Source: a virus
Taxonomy: Duplodnaviria > Caudoviricetes
Direction: 5' to 3' (one strand)
Length of the DNA stretch: 56,850 nucleotides
Virus record (IMG/VR): IMGVR_UViG_3300020156_000033
Location: 1-56,850 of that record
Shown here piece by piece: positions 42,947 through 51,633 of this stretch. The notes under the pieces were generated by a model that searched no databases, had not been told where the DNA came from, and worked only from the letters and a program-made list of their open reading frames with translations. The stretch's first letter is position 1. Each line of letters starts with the position of its first letter. The position numbers and the translations under genes were made by a program.

Positions 42947-42979
42947 ATCATAGCGGTGTTACCAGGTTTTCGGTAACAC
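42947..42979 (-). promoter_or_regulatory. Late promoter candidate with upstream palindrome
   Basis: GTGTTACC-N8-GGTAACAC, 3 nt, then -10 TATGAT and RBS GAGGAGG. Confidence 0.55.
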
Positions 42980-42981
42980 GG

Positions 42982-44424
42982 TTAGTCCGTGTGTGCCTGC
43001 AACCCCTCGTCGCGGAGTTCGTGGTCGCCGTAGCTGGGCGGTTCCACCTGCGCCATGCCGTCCGCACCGGGGGCCGGAGCGGGCGGCGCGGGCTCGGGGG
43101 GCTCCTCCCTGTCGCTGTCGTAGTCCAGCGCGCGCAGCAGCATCGCGCGCACCTCCTCGGGATAGAGCATCCCCGTCCCGTCGGCCATGGTGATGGCCTG
43201 GATGAGGCGGTGCGTGGGCTCGGTGGTGACCGGCGGCCACACGACGTCCCACTCGAAGCCGAGCAGGTCGGCGATCTGGCGGCCCGCCGCGTCCCACAGG
43301 CGCTGGCGCGCCTTCATCGCCATGCCCGTCACCGGCTCCAGCGATTCGCTGTTGGCCGCGTTGCCCGAGGGGTCGCTGAGCATGACGGGCAGCGGCACCT
43401 CCAGCCCGGCGGCCACGAGCGCGGCCAGCGCCCGGCCCTCGTTGAAGTTCACCGAGGAGGAGTTCTTGCCGAGCGCCGACAGGTCCTGCCCGGCCCCGAG
43501 CACGGCCGTGTTGCCGACGTTGGCGTAGCCGCCGGTCATCGGGTCGCGCAGCGGCTGGTCGGCGATCTTGGACGCCACCGCCTTCTGCCCCTTGCCGGTC
43601 GCGCTGGTGACCTTCCACGCGTACTGCGCGTAGGACTTCAGCAGCTTCTTGCAATCCTCCAGGAACTCCTTGTACGCCTGGCTCCAGAAGATGACGGGGA
43701 AGACGTCGGGCAGGCCCCAGGTCCAGCCCGCGAGCTTGTTGGCCGACACGGTGACCACGACCTTGCTGTAGTCGACCGCGTCCCCGGCGATCGTCTTCGG
43801 CTTGTCGGCACCGTCGTCCTTGTAGCGGTCGTAGGAGGGGTACCACTCGCGCCGCTGGACCGCCTCGGGCGCGGCGGAGGGGTCGGCGAAGGGCCGGACT
43901 TCCTCGTTCCAGCTGCGCCGGTAGAACCACACGTCCTCGTCGTCGCCCGGAGCGGTGATCGTGGCCGTGAGCTGCCGGAACGGCAGTCGCTGGATCTTCT
44001 TGCGGGCGACGTCGACCAGGAAGGACACGTTGCCGTCGCCCGCCAGGCTGCGCTCCAGCTCGTACTGGGCCTGCGGCGAGGCGAGCACACGCACCAGGGA
44101 GGGGGTGCGCCACGCGTCGCCCTCGGCCCCGATCTGCACGCCCTCGCCCCAGATGTAGGACGTGCGCACGGCCACGGCCCGCTTGATCAGGGGGTTCACC
44201 GTGATGAGCGCCCGGCAGGTCTCGGCCGTGCTCTGGATGTTGGACAGCGGTATCTGGTCGTCGCCCTCGGTCAGCCCGCCCAGCGGCTTCCACCCGAGGT
44301 CGTCCACCGCGAGCGCGACCTGCGTCATGAGGTCGGAGTTGCGCTCCTCCAGCAGCTCCATCTGGGTCTCCAGGTGCCGGACCGTCTCGGTCAGCTGCGT
44401 GTGCTCGGTGGCCTCGGTGGTCAT
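42982..44424 (-). CDS. Portal protein
   Basis: ATG 44424 after GGAGAGG; NPLIKRAV..R..YIWG, DGN-F, WGLPD; position after terL. Confidence 0.85.
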   Translation of the reverse strand: MTTEATEHTQLTETVRHLETQMELLEERNSDLMTQVALAVDDLGWKPLGGLTEGDDQIPLSNIQSTAETCRALITVNPLIKRAVAVRTSYIWGEGVQIGAEGDAWRTPSLVRVLASPQAQYELERSLAGDGNVSFLVDVARKKIQRLPFRQLTATITAPGDDEDVWFYRRSWNEEVRPFADPSAAPEAVQRREWYPSYDRYKDDGADKPKTIAGDAVDYSKVVVTVSANKLAGWTWGLPDVFPVIFWSQAYKEFLEDCKKLLKSYAQYAWKVTSATGKGQKAVASKIADQPLRDPMTGGYANVGNTAVLGAGQDLSALGKNSSSVNFNEGRALAALVAAGLEVPLPVMLSDPSGNAANSESLEPVTGMAMKARQRLWDAAGRQIADLLGFEWDVVWPPVTTEPTHRLIQAITMADGTGMLYPEEVRAMLLRALDYDSDREEPPEPAPPAPAPGADGMAQVEPPSYGDHELRDEGLQAHTD

Positions 44425-44469
44425 CGCCTCTCCCGTGTGCTCGGTTCCGGCCAGTCTAGTCCCGGGCAT

Positions 44470-44570
44470 GAAGAAGGCCCGGTCGCTGTTCCCCCTTCAG
44501 CGACCGGGCCTTCACCGGAGTTGGCCTCCGATACCCCCACCTGTACAGACTCTCGTCGTATGTACCGGTA
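44470..44570 (-). ncRNA. Candidate sRNA 2 (about 100 nt)
   Basis: -10 TATCAT 44576-44581, two hairpins, perfect 16-bp terminator stem 44473-44513. Confidence 0.5.
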
Positions 44571-44607
44571 GGGACATGATACCACCCTACCCGAGCGGTA
44601 GGTGAAG

Positions 44608-44733
44608 ATGCGGATGGCCCCGGCGGGTGCCAGCCCGCCGGGGCCGGGAACGGACCTGACTGGAGAGGTAGAGCCGTTCCGATGGAGGACCCCTGGCGCT
44701 GGAGGTAGGGCAGTACCGGAGCGCCGGAGCTTC
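44608..44733 (-). ncRNA. Candidate sRNA 1 with anti-RBS loops
   Basis: -10 TATACT 44739-44744; loops CUGCCCUACCUCC and CUACCUCUCCA; 12-bp terminal stem 44616-44645. Confidence 0.65.
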
Positions 44734-44772
44734 CCACGAGTATAGCAGTAACCGGGTGGTAGCATGGAGTCA

Positions 44773-44824
44773 GAAGGCCCGCGCCCCGGTCCTCCTCAGA
44801 GGAACCCCCTTGGCGCGGGCCTTC
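44773..44824 (-). terminator. Terminator after terL
   Basis: 13-bp inverted repeat GAAGGCCCGCGCC/GGCGCGGGCCTTC. Confidence 0.7.
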
Positions 44825-44835
44825 ACTGTGCCCGG

Positions 44836-47301
44836 CTACAGCGGGCTGATGCGGTTCTCCATCTGGTCGGCCATCATCTCCTGGAGCGCCTGAAGCAGCT
44901 GCTCCGGACTGGCCTGTACCACGTCGCCGGGCTGGAGCCCCAGCGGCGGGCGGTCGGCGCAGGCGTAGACGAAGGCGTCGGCGAAGTCGGGCGAGGACCC
45001 CCCGGTGCGCTTGCGGATGTCGTCCTTGGACTCGATGTAGAGACGGTCGTTGGAGTACTTGAACCGCACGCCCTGAAGCTCCTCGTACAGCTGGTCGTGC
45101 ATGACGGCCTTCTGCACCCCGTTGAGCATGTACTGCCGCGTGCGGTCGTACCACAGTGCGCGGGCGTTGCCATAGCCCGCCACCGGGGTGCCGTCCTCCT
45201 CGGCGGCCCGCGCCGATCCGATCATCTCGATGACGGTCAGCCCCCGGTAGCGGGTCGGTTCGGCCGCGATCATGGCCATGGCCGCATCGACCACACCGGC
45301 GCCCAGGCCGACGGCGTCCACGCGGACCTCGACCTCCTCGTCGTCGTCGGTGCGCAGGTCGCAGGCGATGCCGAGCACACGCCGCGCGGAACTCGTGGTG
45401 TCCATGCCCTTCCAGGAGTCCTGCACCCAGGCGACCGACCCGCGCCGAGCACACACCGCCGTGGTGTCGTCGCCGTAGCGCGCGGGGTCCACGCCCAGGA
45501 ACAGCGGCCCCTCGCCCCGCTCGTCGGCCAGGTCGAAGCCGTTGGCCAGCACCTGCGCCCCGAACAGCGAGGACACCGCGTTGTCGGGGAAGTCCGCCAG
45601 CACCTTGGACTGGTAGCGGGGGTCGTCCTCGCCCCACGCCTTGCGGCGGTCCTCCACCCACTCCCGCTGCACGAGCACGTCGCGCAGCAGCGCGGGCACC
45701 TGCTCGTCGGTGAAGTTCGGGGTGTCGAACGCCGAGATGGTGATGCGGTTCCACAGGTCGGCCTGCGACTCCGACGTGCAGACCCTGCCGAACTCGGTGT
45801 CGGGGTCGTCGGGGTTGCCGATGGCCAGGATGCGGGCGTCGCCGGTGGTGGTGATCGCCTCGACCGCCGTCCACAGGGCGGGGGCCACGCCGCACGCCTC
45901 ATCGATCACGACGAGGACGTAGCGGCGGTGGATGCCCTGGAAGGCGTGGATGTTGTGGTCGGAGGGCTTGCGCCCGAACCCGATGATCTCGCCGTTGTCC
46001 AGCTTCCACTCGTCGGACTGGGTGACGTAGCCGACCAGCGGTGTGAAGCGCTCGTCGGACTCGGCGCGGGCGGAGGCCCGGCGGTGGTGCTTGCGGATCT
46101 CCTCCCACAGGATCTTGTTCACCTGGGCGTAGGTCGGCGCGGTGGAGACCACGATCGCCTCGCCGGGCGGGTGGGTGTCCAGCCACCAGGCCGAGGCCAC
46201 CGAGGCGATCATCGAGTTGTGCGTGGGCACCATGTCGGCGCCCGCGAGGTAGAGGTGGTTGTCCGAGGCCACCTGCACGCACTGCGTGGGCACCGACGGC
46301 ACCGGCCGCACCTCGCGGATGACCCGGCCGGTCAGGCGGCTGCGGCCGTTCTTGCCCCCGTTGCGCTTCTCCCAGCGCTCCAGGGCGTGCTCGGCCTCGG
46401 CCGGGAAGGGGTTGTCCACCGTGCGCAGCACCACCGCGTAGTCGCCGGTCGGCTCCCCCATGCGGTACAGCGGAACCGGACCGCCCGGCACCACCCGGTG
46501 CCCCAGGGTGCGGGCCAGCTCCGCCGCGCGCTCGGCGGCGGCCAGCTTGGGCAGCGCGAGCAGCACCGCGCCGTCGGCGCGGACCGAGCCCCAGGCAGCA
46601 CACACCCCGGTGAAGGCCGCCTCGCGCTGCTTGAGGGCGGCGCGCATCAGGTGCGAGGGCAGCGCGGCCTGGACGCCCATCTCGTAGGGGTCCTGGACGA
46701 AGCCGGTCTCCGGGCCCTGCAGCGGCCGCGCCAGCGGCACCGCGTGGTTGTAGTCGCCCCGGTGGTTCTTCAGGCTGGCCGCGATCTCGGCCGTGGTGCG
46801 GACCTCGGCCGCGTCCCAGTGGTCGCGCCAGTCCACCTCGGTGCCCGCGCGGTGGGCGGCGGTGCGGATGCGCTGCCGGGTGCGGGCGTCGATGGTGGCC
46901 CACTCGTGGTTCCACCCGCACCGCACCGCCGAGCCGTCATCGAAGACGACCTCGGCCACGTCGTGGCGGAACACCTGGGACTTGGCCACCACCAGCACCG
47001 GGCCGCCGTGCTCGCCCAGCAGGTGGTCCCCCACCGACACCCGCCCCATCGACGTCCAGCCGGTGGGGGTCGGCAGCAGGGTGTCCAGCGGCAGGTCCTT
47101 GCCCGAGCCGTGGCAGGACTTCACCGCCGTGCGCTTGTGGTCGCGCACGCTCTGAAGCACCTCGACCTGCTTGGACCAGGCGTGGACCTGGAGCCGGTCG
47201 CGCGCCCAGCCCCCCGGGTCCATGCGGTACCCGCTGGACTTGGCCTCGGCGGCGAGGCGCCGCAGCGCCCCCTCCACCACCTCGGCGTCGAAGCCGCCCA
47301 T
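44836..47301 (-). CDS. terL: Terminase large subunit, intein-containing
   Basis: KSCHGSGK|S Walker A, VVIDEA, IGNP, LGVDPARYGDD, SPDFADA. Confidence 0.93.
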   Translation of the reverse strand: MGGFDAEVVEGALRRLAAEAKSSGYRMDPGGWARDRLQVHAWSKQVEVLQSVRDHKRTAVKSCHGSGKDLPLDTLLPTPTGWTSMGRVSVGDHLLGEHGGPVLVVAKSQVFRHDVAEVVFDDGSAVRCGWNHEWATIDARTRQRIRTAAHRAGTEVDWRDHWDAAEVRTTAEIAASLKNHRGDYNHAVPLARPLQGPETGFVQDPYEMGVQAALPSHLMRAALKQREAAFTGVCAAWGSVRADGAVLLALPKLAAAERAAELARTLGHRVVPGGPVPLYRMGEPTGDYAVVLRTVDNPFPAEAEHALERWEKRNGGKNGRSRLTGRVIREVRPVPSVPTQCVQVASDNHLYLAGADMVPTHNSMIASVASAWWLDTHPPGEAIVVSTAPTYAQVNKILWEEIRKHHRRASARAESDERFTPLVGYVTQSDEWKLDNGEIIGFGRKPSDHNIHAFQGIHRRYVLVVIDEACGVAPALWTAVEAITTTGDARILAIGNPDDPDTEFGRVCTSESQADLWNRITISAFDTPNFTDEQVPALLRDVLVQREWVEDRRKAWGEDDPRYQSKVLADFPDNAVSSLFGAQVLANGFDLADERGEGPLFLGVDPARYGDDTTAVCARRGSVAWVQDSWKGMDTTSSARRVLGIACDLRTDDDEEVEVRVDAVGLGAGVVDAAMAMIAAEPTRYRGLTVIEMIGSARAAEEDGTPVAGYGNARALWYDRTRQYMLNGVQKAVMHDQLYEELQGVRFKYSNDRLYIESKDDIRKRTGGSSPDFADAFVYACADRPPLGLQPGDVVQASPEQLLQALQEMMADQMENRISPL
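46216..47097 (-). mobile_element. Class 3 intein (294 aa) with degenerate LAGLIDADG remnant
   Basis: DLPLDTLLPTPTGW...HEW...QCVQV...VPTHN|S; WCT triplet; removal restores GSGKS. Confidence 0.88.
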
Positions 47302-47304
47302 GTC

Positions 47305-47511
47305 CTACCCCGCCTTCTTCTTCAGGCGGTCGCGGACGCTCCGCACCACCGCCTCGTCGGCCTGCACCATGCGCAGCCAGTCGGCCAGCTCCCCGGCGCT
47401 ACCGGCGTTGCTGGCCAGCACCAGCACCATCTTCTCCATCTCGCGGCGGGCCTCCTCCTCCGAAGACCTCGGCACCGTGACCTGGCTGCCGCGCCCCATG
47501 AAGTCAACCAT
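47305..47511 (-). CDS. Small hypothetical protein
   Basis: Tight packing, RBS GGAG. Confidence 0.65.
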   Translation of the reverse strand: MVDFMGRGSQVTVPRSSEEEARREMEKMVLVLASNAGSAGELADWLRMVQADEAVVRSVRDRLKKKAG

Positions 47512-47722
47512 CCTGCTCCTCCCGGAACACCGCGCCGTCGGCGCGCCCCTGCTCCCGGGCGGGCATCAGCCCCTTCCGGCTGGACCCCAGGGTCTCGACC
47601 CGGATGTAGGTGAGCCACATCCCGTCGGTGTTCTCCACCAGCACCCGCCGCAGCTCGTCCTCGCTCGGCGGTTCTCCCGGCCCCGTGTGGTAGTACCGCA
47701 CCACCAGCTCGTACGCGCCCAT
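47504..47722 (-). CDS. Small hypothetical protein
   Basis: Tight packing, codon bias. Confidence 0.65.
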   Translation of the reverse strand: MGAYELVVRYYHTGPGEPPSEDELRRVLVENTDGMWLTYIRVETLGSSRKGLMPAREQGRADGAVFREEQDG

Positions 47723-48331
47723 CTACTTCGCCCCCTTCGACGTCCGCGTGCTGTTGGCCGTCATCGCCTCGGTCGCCACCTCGGCGAAGCGCGCCGCCCA
47801 GCCGTCGGCGATCTCCCGGCGGATGCGCACCGCCTCTTCGTCACCGCGCGGCAGACGGGCCAGGCGGTCCTCCACGAAGGACAGCATCTGGTCCCGCACG
47901 CCCGCGAGCATGGTGTGGACCATGTCCTTCTGCACCCGGGTCAGCTCCACCTGCTCGTCGCGCAGCCGGTCCTTCTTCAGTTCCATCAGCTCGGTGATGG
48001 TGGTCAGGGTGTCGATCAGGTTCTTGGTCTGCTTGCCCTCGGTGATCAGGTCGCCCGACATCACCTGGGGCCACAGGGCGTTGACGATCGACTCCAGGCG
48101 CACGAGCTGGAGCATGCGCATCTCCAACGCCGAGGACCGGTTGTAGTTGCTGAGCAGGTAGTCGTTGACGACCATCGCCGCATACGCGGGGTCGATGCCC
48201 GTCTCCTTCTCGATCTGGTACCAGTTCAGGCCCCGCGCCCGCAGGCCGACCAGCATGTCCACCAGCTCACGCTCGCGCATCCGCCGGTGGGCCTGCTCCT
48301 GGGGGTCCTCGTAGACCTCGACCTCACTCAC
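47723..48331 (-). CDS. Terminase small subunit candidate
   Basis: N-terminal HTH LRARGLNWYQI, RLE...LWP...GD; near terL. Confidence 0.65.
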   Translation of the reverse strand: MSEVEVYEDPQEQAHRRMRERELVDMLVGLRARGLNWYQIEKETGIDPAYAAMVVNDYLLSNYNRSSALEMRMLQLVRLESIVNALWPQVMSGDLITEGKQTKNLIDTLTTITELMELKKDRLRDEQVELTRVQKDMVHTMLAGVRDQMLSFVEDRLARLPRGDEEAVRIRREIADGWAARFAEVATEAMTANSTRTSKGAK

Positions 48332-48599
48332 CCGTGTCCACCTCCTCGTACTCCTCGACCATGCCGTCCTCGCTCTCCACGATCCATCCGGCCAGTTCGC
48401 GGGAGTCGTGCCGGATGGCCAGGTGGTCGGTCAGGGCCCCGGTGCCCCCGGACTCCTCCTCGTGGCCGGGGGAGTGCCACCCGCACACCGGGCACCGCGC
48501 CTCGTAGCGCTGGCGGGTGCGCGCGGTGCGGGTGGCCCAGCGGTGCTCGTCCAGCGGTGACGCCTTCTCGGGCAGCCGCACCGCGTACCCCCGCCTCAC
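48324..48599 (-). CDS. Small zinc-binding protein
   Basis: CPVCGW...DHLAIRH. Confidence 0.65.
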   Translation of the reverse strand: MRRGYAVRLPEKASPLDEHRWATRTARTRQRYEARCPVCGWHSPGHEEESGGTGALTDHLAIRHDSRELAGWIVESEDGMVEEYEEVDTGE

Positions 48600-48847
48600 G
48601 CCTCGCCCCTGCGGGTTTCGGCGGACGTGTCGATCATGTAAACGATGTGCTTGGAAACCTTCTTGACGATGTGCTCACCGTTCCTGGACAGCAGCAGGTG
48701 GATGAGCGGGTCGGAGTCCCTGTCGATGTCGGCCACCCGGTACCACAACTTCTCGGAATCCCCCGGAACACTGAGCGCGATCCGGTCGCCGACCCACAGG
48801 CTCTGCGCGAACACGAAGTCGGTCGCGGTACCAGCGGTCTCGTCCAT
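48596..48847 (-). CDS. Hypothetical protein
   Basis: Coupled ORF. Confidence 0.65.
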   Translation of the reverse strand: MDETAGTATDFVFAQSLWVGDRIALSVPGDSEKLWYRVADIDRDSDPLIHLLLSRNGEHIVKKVSKHIVYMIDTSAETRRGEA

Positions 48848-48848
48848 C

Positions 48849-48977
48849 TCAGAACCCCATCTCGTCGGTGTTGTGCTCGGTGAGCACGTGGATGTCGTAG
48901 GCGGTGGCGGCCCCCGGGCCGGAGCAGGTCCAGGTGCATCCGGGGTAGCCGCACCGCACGTCGGGCTGGGCGCTCAC
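48849..48977 (-). CDS. 42-aa C2H2-type microprotein
   Basis: GTGA coupling; CGYPGC...HVLTEH. Confidence 0.55.
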   Translation of the reverse strand: MSAQPDVRCGYPGCTWTCSGPGAATAYDIHVLTEHNTDEMGF

Positions 48978-49378
48978 GTGCCGCCCCCGATGCCGAGTTC
49001 GCGCTTACAGAGGGGGTGCGGCTTACGCACCGGCTCGGGCCCCAGGGGCAGCGGGCCACGCGTGTCCGCGCACTCCAGATCGGAGGCGCGGCACTCCATG
49101 CTCCGGCCCGGCCAGCCCGACTCTCCCGGCGCGTCGATCACCGACATCAGCGGCCGGACGGTCACCGAATGGCGGTCGGACTGCGACGTCGGGCCGGGGG
49201 TGAAGAACTCCCGGAGGAGCGGGACCCGCTGCACGAGCCCGCGCTCCCACTTGAGCACTTCCGGGTGCCACCAGGCGGCGTCATCCGCCCGGCGCAATTC
49301 CCGGTCTACCCGCTCCAGCGCGCTCCGCGCGGCCTCCATGACGGCGCCGCCCAGCTTGTCGTTCGGCCCCTTGGTCAC
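48974..49378 (-). CDS. Hypothetical protein
   Basis: GTGA coupling at 49378. Confidence 0.6.
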   Translation of the reverse strand: MTKGPNDKLGGAVMEAARSALERVDRELRRADDAAWWHPEVLKWERGLVQRVPLLREFFTPGPTSQSDRHSVTVRPLMSVIDAPGESGWPGRSMECRASDLECADTRGPLPLGPEPVRKPHPLCKRELGIGGGT

Positions 49379-49707
49379 TGCGGCCTCCCGATCCCCAGCT
49401 CGCGCTCCAGTTCGGCGATCCGCTTCTCCTGCTCGCGGATGCGCCTGTCCTTCTCCCGGGGGTCGTGCTCGACCGCCGTCTTCTCCACCGCGCCGCCGAA
49501 GGCGCGGACGGGCAGCACCACGGGCCAGAAGAAGAGGGTCGCCGTGGTGTCCTCCTTCACGCGCGCCAGGACGTACTTCTCCTTGGTGTACTCCTTGCGC
49601 GCGGCCGCCCACGCACGGGGCAGGTCGCGCCTGGCCAGGTACCAGCCGATGGAGAAGTAGGCCGCCAGGTAGACGAGCACACCCACCAGGACGTGGACCA
49701 CGGTCAC
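49375..49707 (-). CDS. Membrane protein with coiled-coil tail
   Basis: TM segments; RIAELERELGI. Confidence 0.7.
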   Translation of the reverse strand: MTVVHVLVGVLVYLAAYFSIGWYLARRDLPRAWAAARKEYTKEKYVLARVKEDTTATLFFWPVVLPVRAFGGAVEKTAVEHDPREKDRRIREQEKRIAELERELGIGRPQ

Positions 49708-49802
49708 CGGTCCCACCGCCCCAGCAGCGCGGAGACGAAGACGCCGATGAAGACGCCGCAGGCCAGCGTGCTGAGCACAAGGCCGACGAGTTCGGTGCTC
49801 AT
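49704..49802 (-). CDS. 32-aa membrane peptide
   Basis: ATGA/GTGA coupling; LVGLVLSTLACGVFIGVFVSALL. Confidence 0.55.
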   Translation of the reverse strand: MSTELVGLVLSTLACGVFIGVFVSALLGRWDR

Positions 49803-50167
49803 CCGCCGTCCCCCTCCTTCTGCACGGCGATCCGGAGCACGTCGGCGAGCGGCACGGTCACCGACGCGGGCGTCAGCACGATGTCACTGCTGGCGGCGTA
49901 AGCGTCGATGTCGACGCCGTCGACCACGGCCGCCCGGATGGGGTTGTGGATGGTGCCCACCTCGTACACCTCGATGTCGTGGTGCCCGGCCAGAGCGGGC
50001 AGCAGGTAGCGGCGGACCAGGGCGGCGAGCGGGTACCCCACGGCGGCGGCATCGACGCCGTGGGCGTCGCAGTAGTCGAACCACGCATCAGGGGCGTCGC
50101 CGTCGTTGAAGCCCCACTTCGACAGCAGGCCGCTGGAATGCAGGGTGACGGCTTCGTCGCTGCTCAC
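49799..50167 (-). CDS. Hypothetical phage protein
   Basis: RBS GGAGGAG; LLSKWGFNDGD...TIHNPIRA. Confidence 0.7.
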   Translation of the reverse strand: MSSDEAVTLHSSGLLSKWGFNDGDAPDAWFDYCDAHGVDAAAVGYPLAALVRRYLLPALAGHHDIEVYEVGTIHNPIRAAVVDGVDIDAYAASSDIVLTPASVTVPLADVLRIAVQKEGDGG

Positions 50168-50976
50168 TGCTCCTCCTCCGGCCCCGCGATGGCGATCTCC
50201 TCGATGCGCGCGGCGGCCGCGTAGTGGCCGTACTCGCACAGCAGGTCCGCCGCACGGCGGCGGAACTCCCGCACCGCCTTCTCCCGGATCGCGTGGCGGT
50301 CCCGCGCGAAGTGGTCCTCCCAGTAGTCCTTGACGGCCTTGTAGGCGGCCAGCACACGCGCCTCGTGCCGCAGGGAGTTCGCGGTCAGGCGCTCGGGATT
50401 GGGGACCGAGGACGGGTCGGCGGCGTGGATGGCGGTCCACAGGTCCGCCCACAGCTTGCCGTCGGTGAAGTCATCGGTGACCTCGTGGGCCCCGCCGTCG
50501 CGGAACATCAGCTCGGGGGCGTTCTCTTCGAGAACGCAGGACCCGACCACCCACGCCCCGCCACCGGCATCGACCCAGTCGCGCAGCGGTACGGTCTGAT
50601 CGGCCACGCGTACGTAGCGCTCCTCGGACGGGGTTTCCGTGCCGGGGCAGACGAACCCGTTCCAGCCCCGCAGGTAGCCGTGCCGGGGATGCGGCTCATC
50701 GCGCCCGCAGGGCGCGGTGCGCTGCTCCGCGTCCTCTTCGGAGAGGGAGACACCGCTGATCCACTGGTCGAGCGTAACCCTGCGCCCGCCGCCGAGGTCC
50801 ATCATGACCGGCTCACGCTCCTCCTGCGGCTCGGGGTAGTCGGCGCGGTAAGCGGCGAGCACCGCGTGGACGTGCGCGGCGTCGACCAGGTCGCGCGCTT
50901 CACTGGCGCTGTAGTCGGGGAGGTCACTTCCTTCGAGCAGGCGCATCGCGGCCTGGTAGTGCTCCTCGGCGTTCAC
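50164..50976 (-). CDS. Mosaic hypothetical protein
   Basis: GTGA coupling; EHY-AA-RLL...A-VHA-LA N-terminal module. Confidence 0.7.
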   Translation of the reverse strand: MNAEEHYQAAMRLLEGSDLPDYSASEARDLVDAAHVHAVLAAYRADYPEPQEEREPVMMDLGGGRRVTLDQWISGVSLSEEDAEQRTAPCGRDEPHPRHGYLRGWNGFVCPGTETPSEERYVRVADQTVPLRDWVDAGGGAWVVGSCVLEENAPELMFRDGGAHEVTDDFTDGKLWADLWTAIHAADPSSVPNPERLTANSLRHEARVLAAYKAVKDYWEDHFARDRHAIREKAVREFRRRAADLLCEYGHYAAAARIEEIAIAGPEEEQ

Positions 50977-51383
50977 CGCTCCCCCTCCCGGCACTCGTGC
51001 CGCAGGGCGGCGAGGACGAGCTTGTTCAGGCTGTCGTTCGGCTCGATGGAGCACACGGCGTGGCCGGAGTCGTCATAGGGGTACGGGATGTGGTGCAGCG
51101 CGTAGTCGTAGCGGTCGTCGCCGTTGACGTAGAAGTGGTCGATCACCCGGTGCAGGTCGTCGGCCAACTCGTCGGACAGCTTGTTGTACTGCCGGTCCTG
51201 CTCCTGGATCAGCTGGTCGGCGGCGGCCAGCTCCCGCCGCAGGTCCGCGTTCTGCGCCCGCAGCTGGTCCAGGCGGTCCTTCGTGTGGTCGCACCGGCAG
51301 GTGCAGACGACCAGCTTCTCGTGGGCGCCGCAGTCACACATCGATTCCTCCAGAGCACGATCCGTTGACGGGGTCGTCTTCAC
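50973..51383 (-). CDS. Hypothetical protein
   Basis: Cys-rich N-terminus, coiled coil; start uncertain. Confidence 0.6.
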   Translation of the reverse strand: MKTTPSTDRALEESMCDCGAHEKLVVCTCRCDHTKDRLDQLRAQNADLRRELAAADQLIQEQDRQYNKLSDELADDLHRVIDHFYVNGDDRYDYALHHIPYPYDDSGHAVCSIEPNDSLNKLVLAALRHECREGER

Positions 51384-51633
51384 AGGGGGACCCGTGCCCC
51401 TTGTGGAGCAGGCCGTCGGCCGACTCCAGCAGCAGCCGGTAGCCGGAGCGGCGCGCCTTGCCGTCGGTGTGCAGGCTCTTCAGCACCACCCACCGGCCCC
51501 GCTTGGGGCCGAACACGTTCTCGACCCAGGCGCTGGGCCGCAGGTTGCCCCGGTATCCCAGCGGATCGACGTGGCAGACGCGCACCAGCCTCTGACTCCG
51601 GCAGTTCTCGTAGACCTGTCCCTCCTTGATCAC
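51334..51633 (-). CDS. Hypothetical protein
   Basis: GTGA coupling; IKEGQVYENC...RRSGYRL. Confidence 0.6.
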   Translation of the reverse strand: MIKEGQVYENCRSQRLVRVCHVDPLGYRGNLRPSAWVENVFGPKRGRWVVLKSLHTDGKARRSGYRLLLESADGLLHKGHGSPCEDDPVNGSCSGGIDV

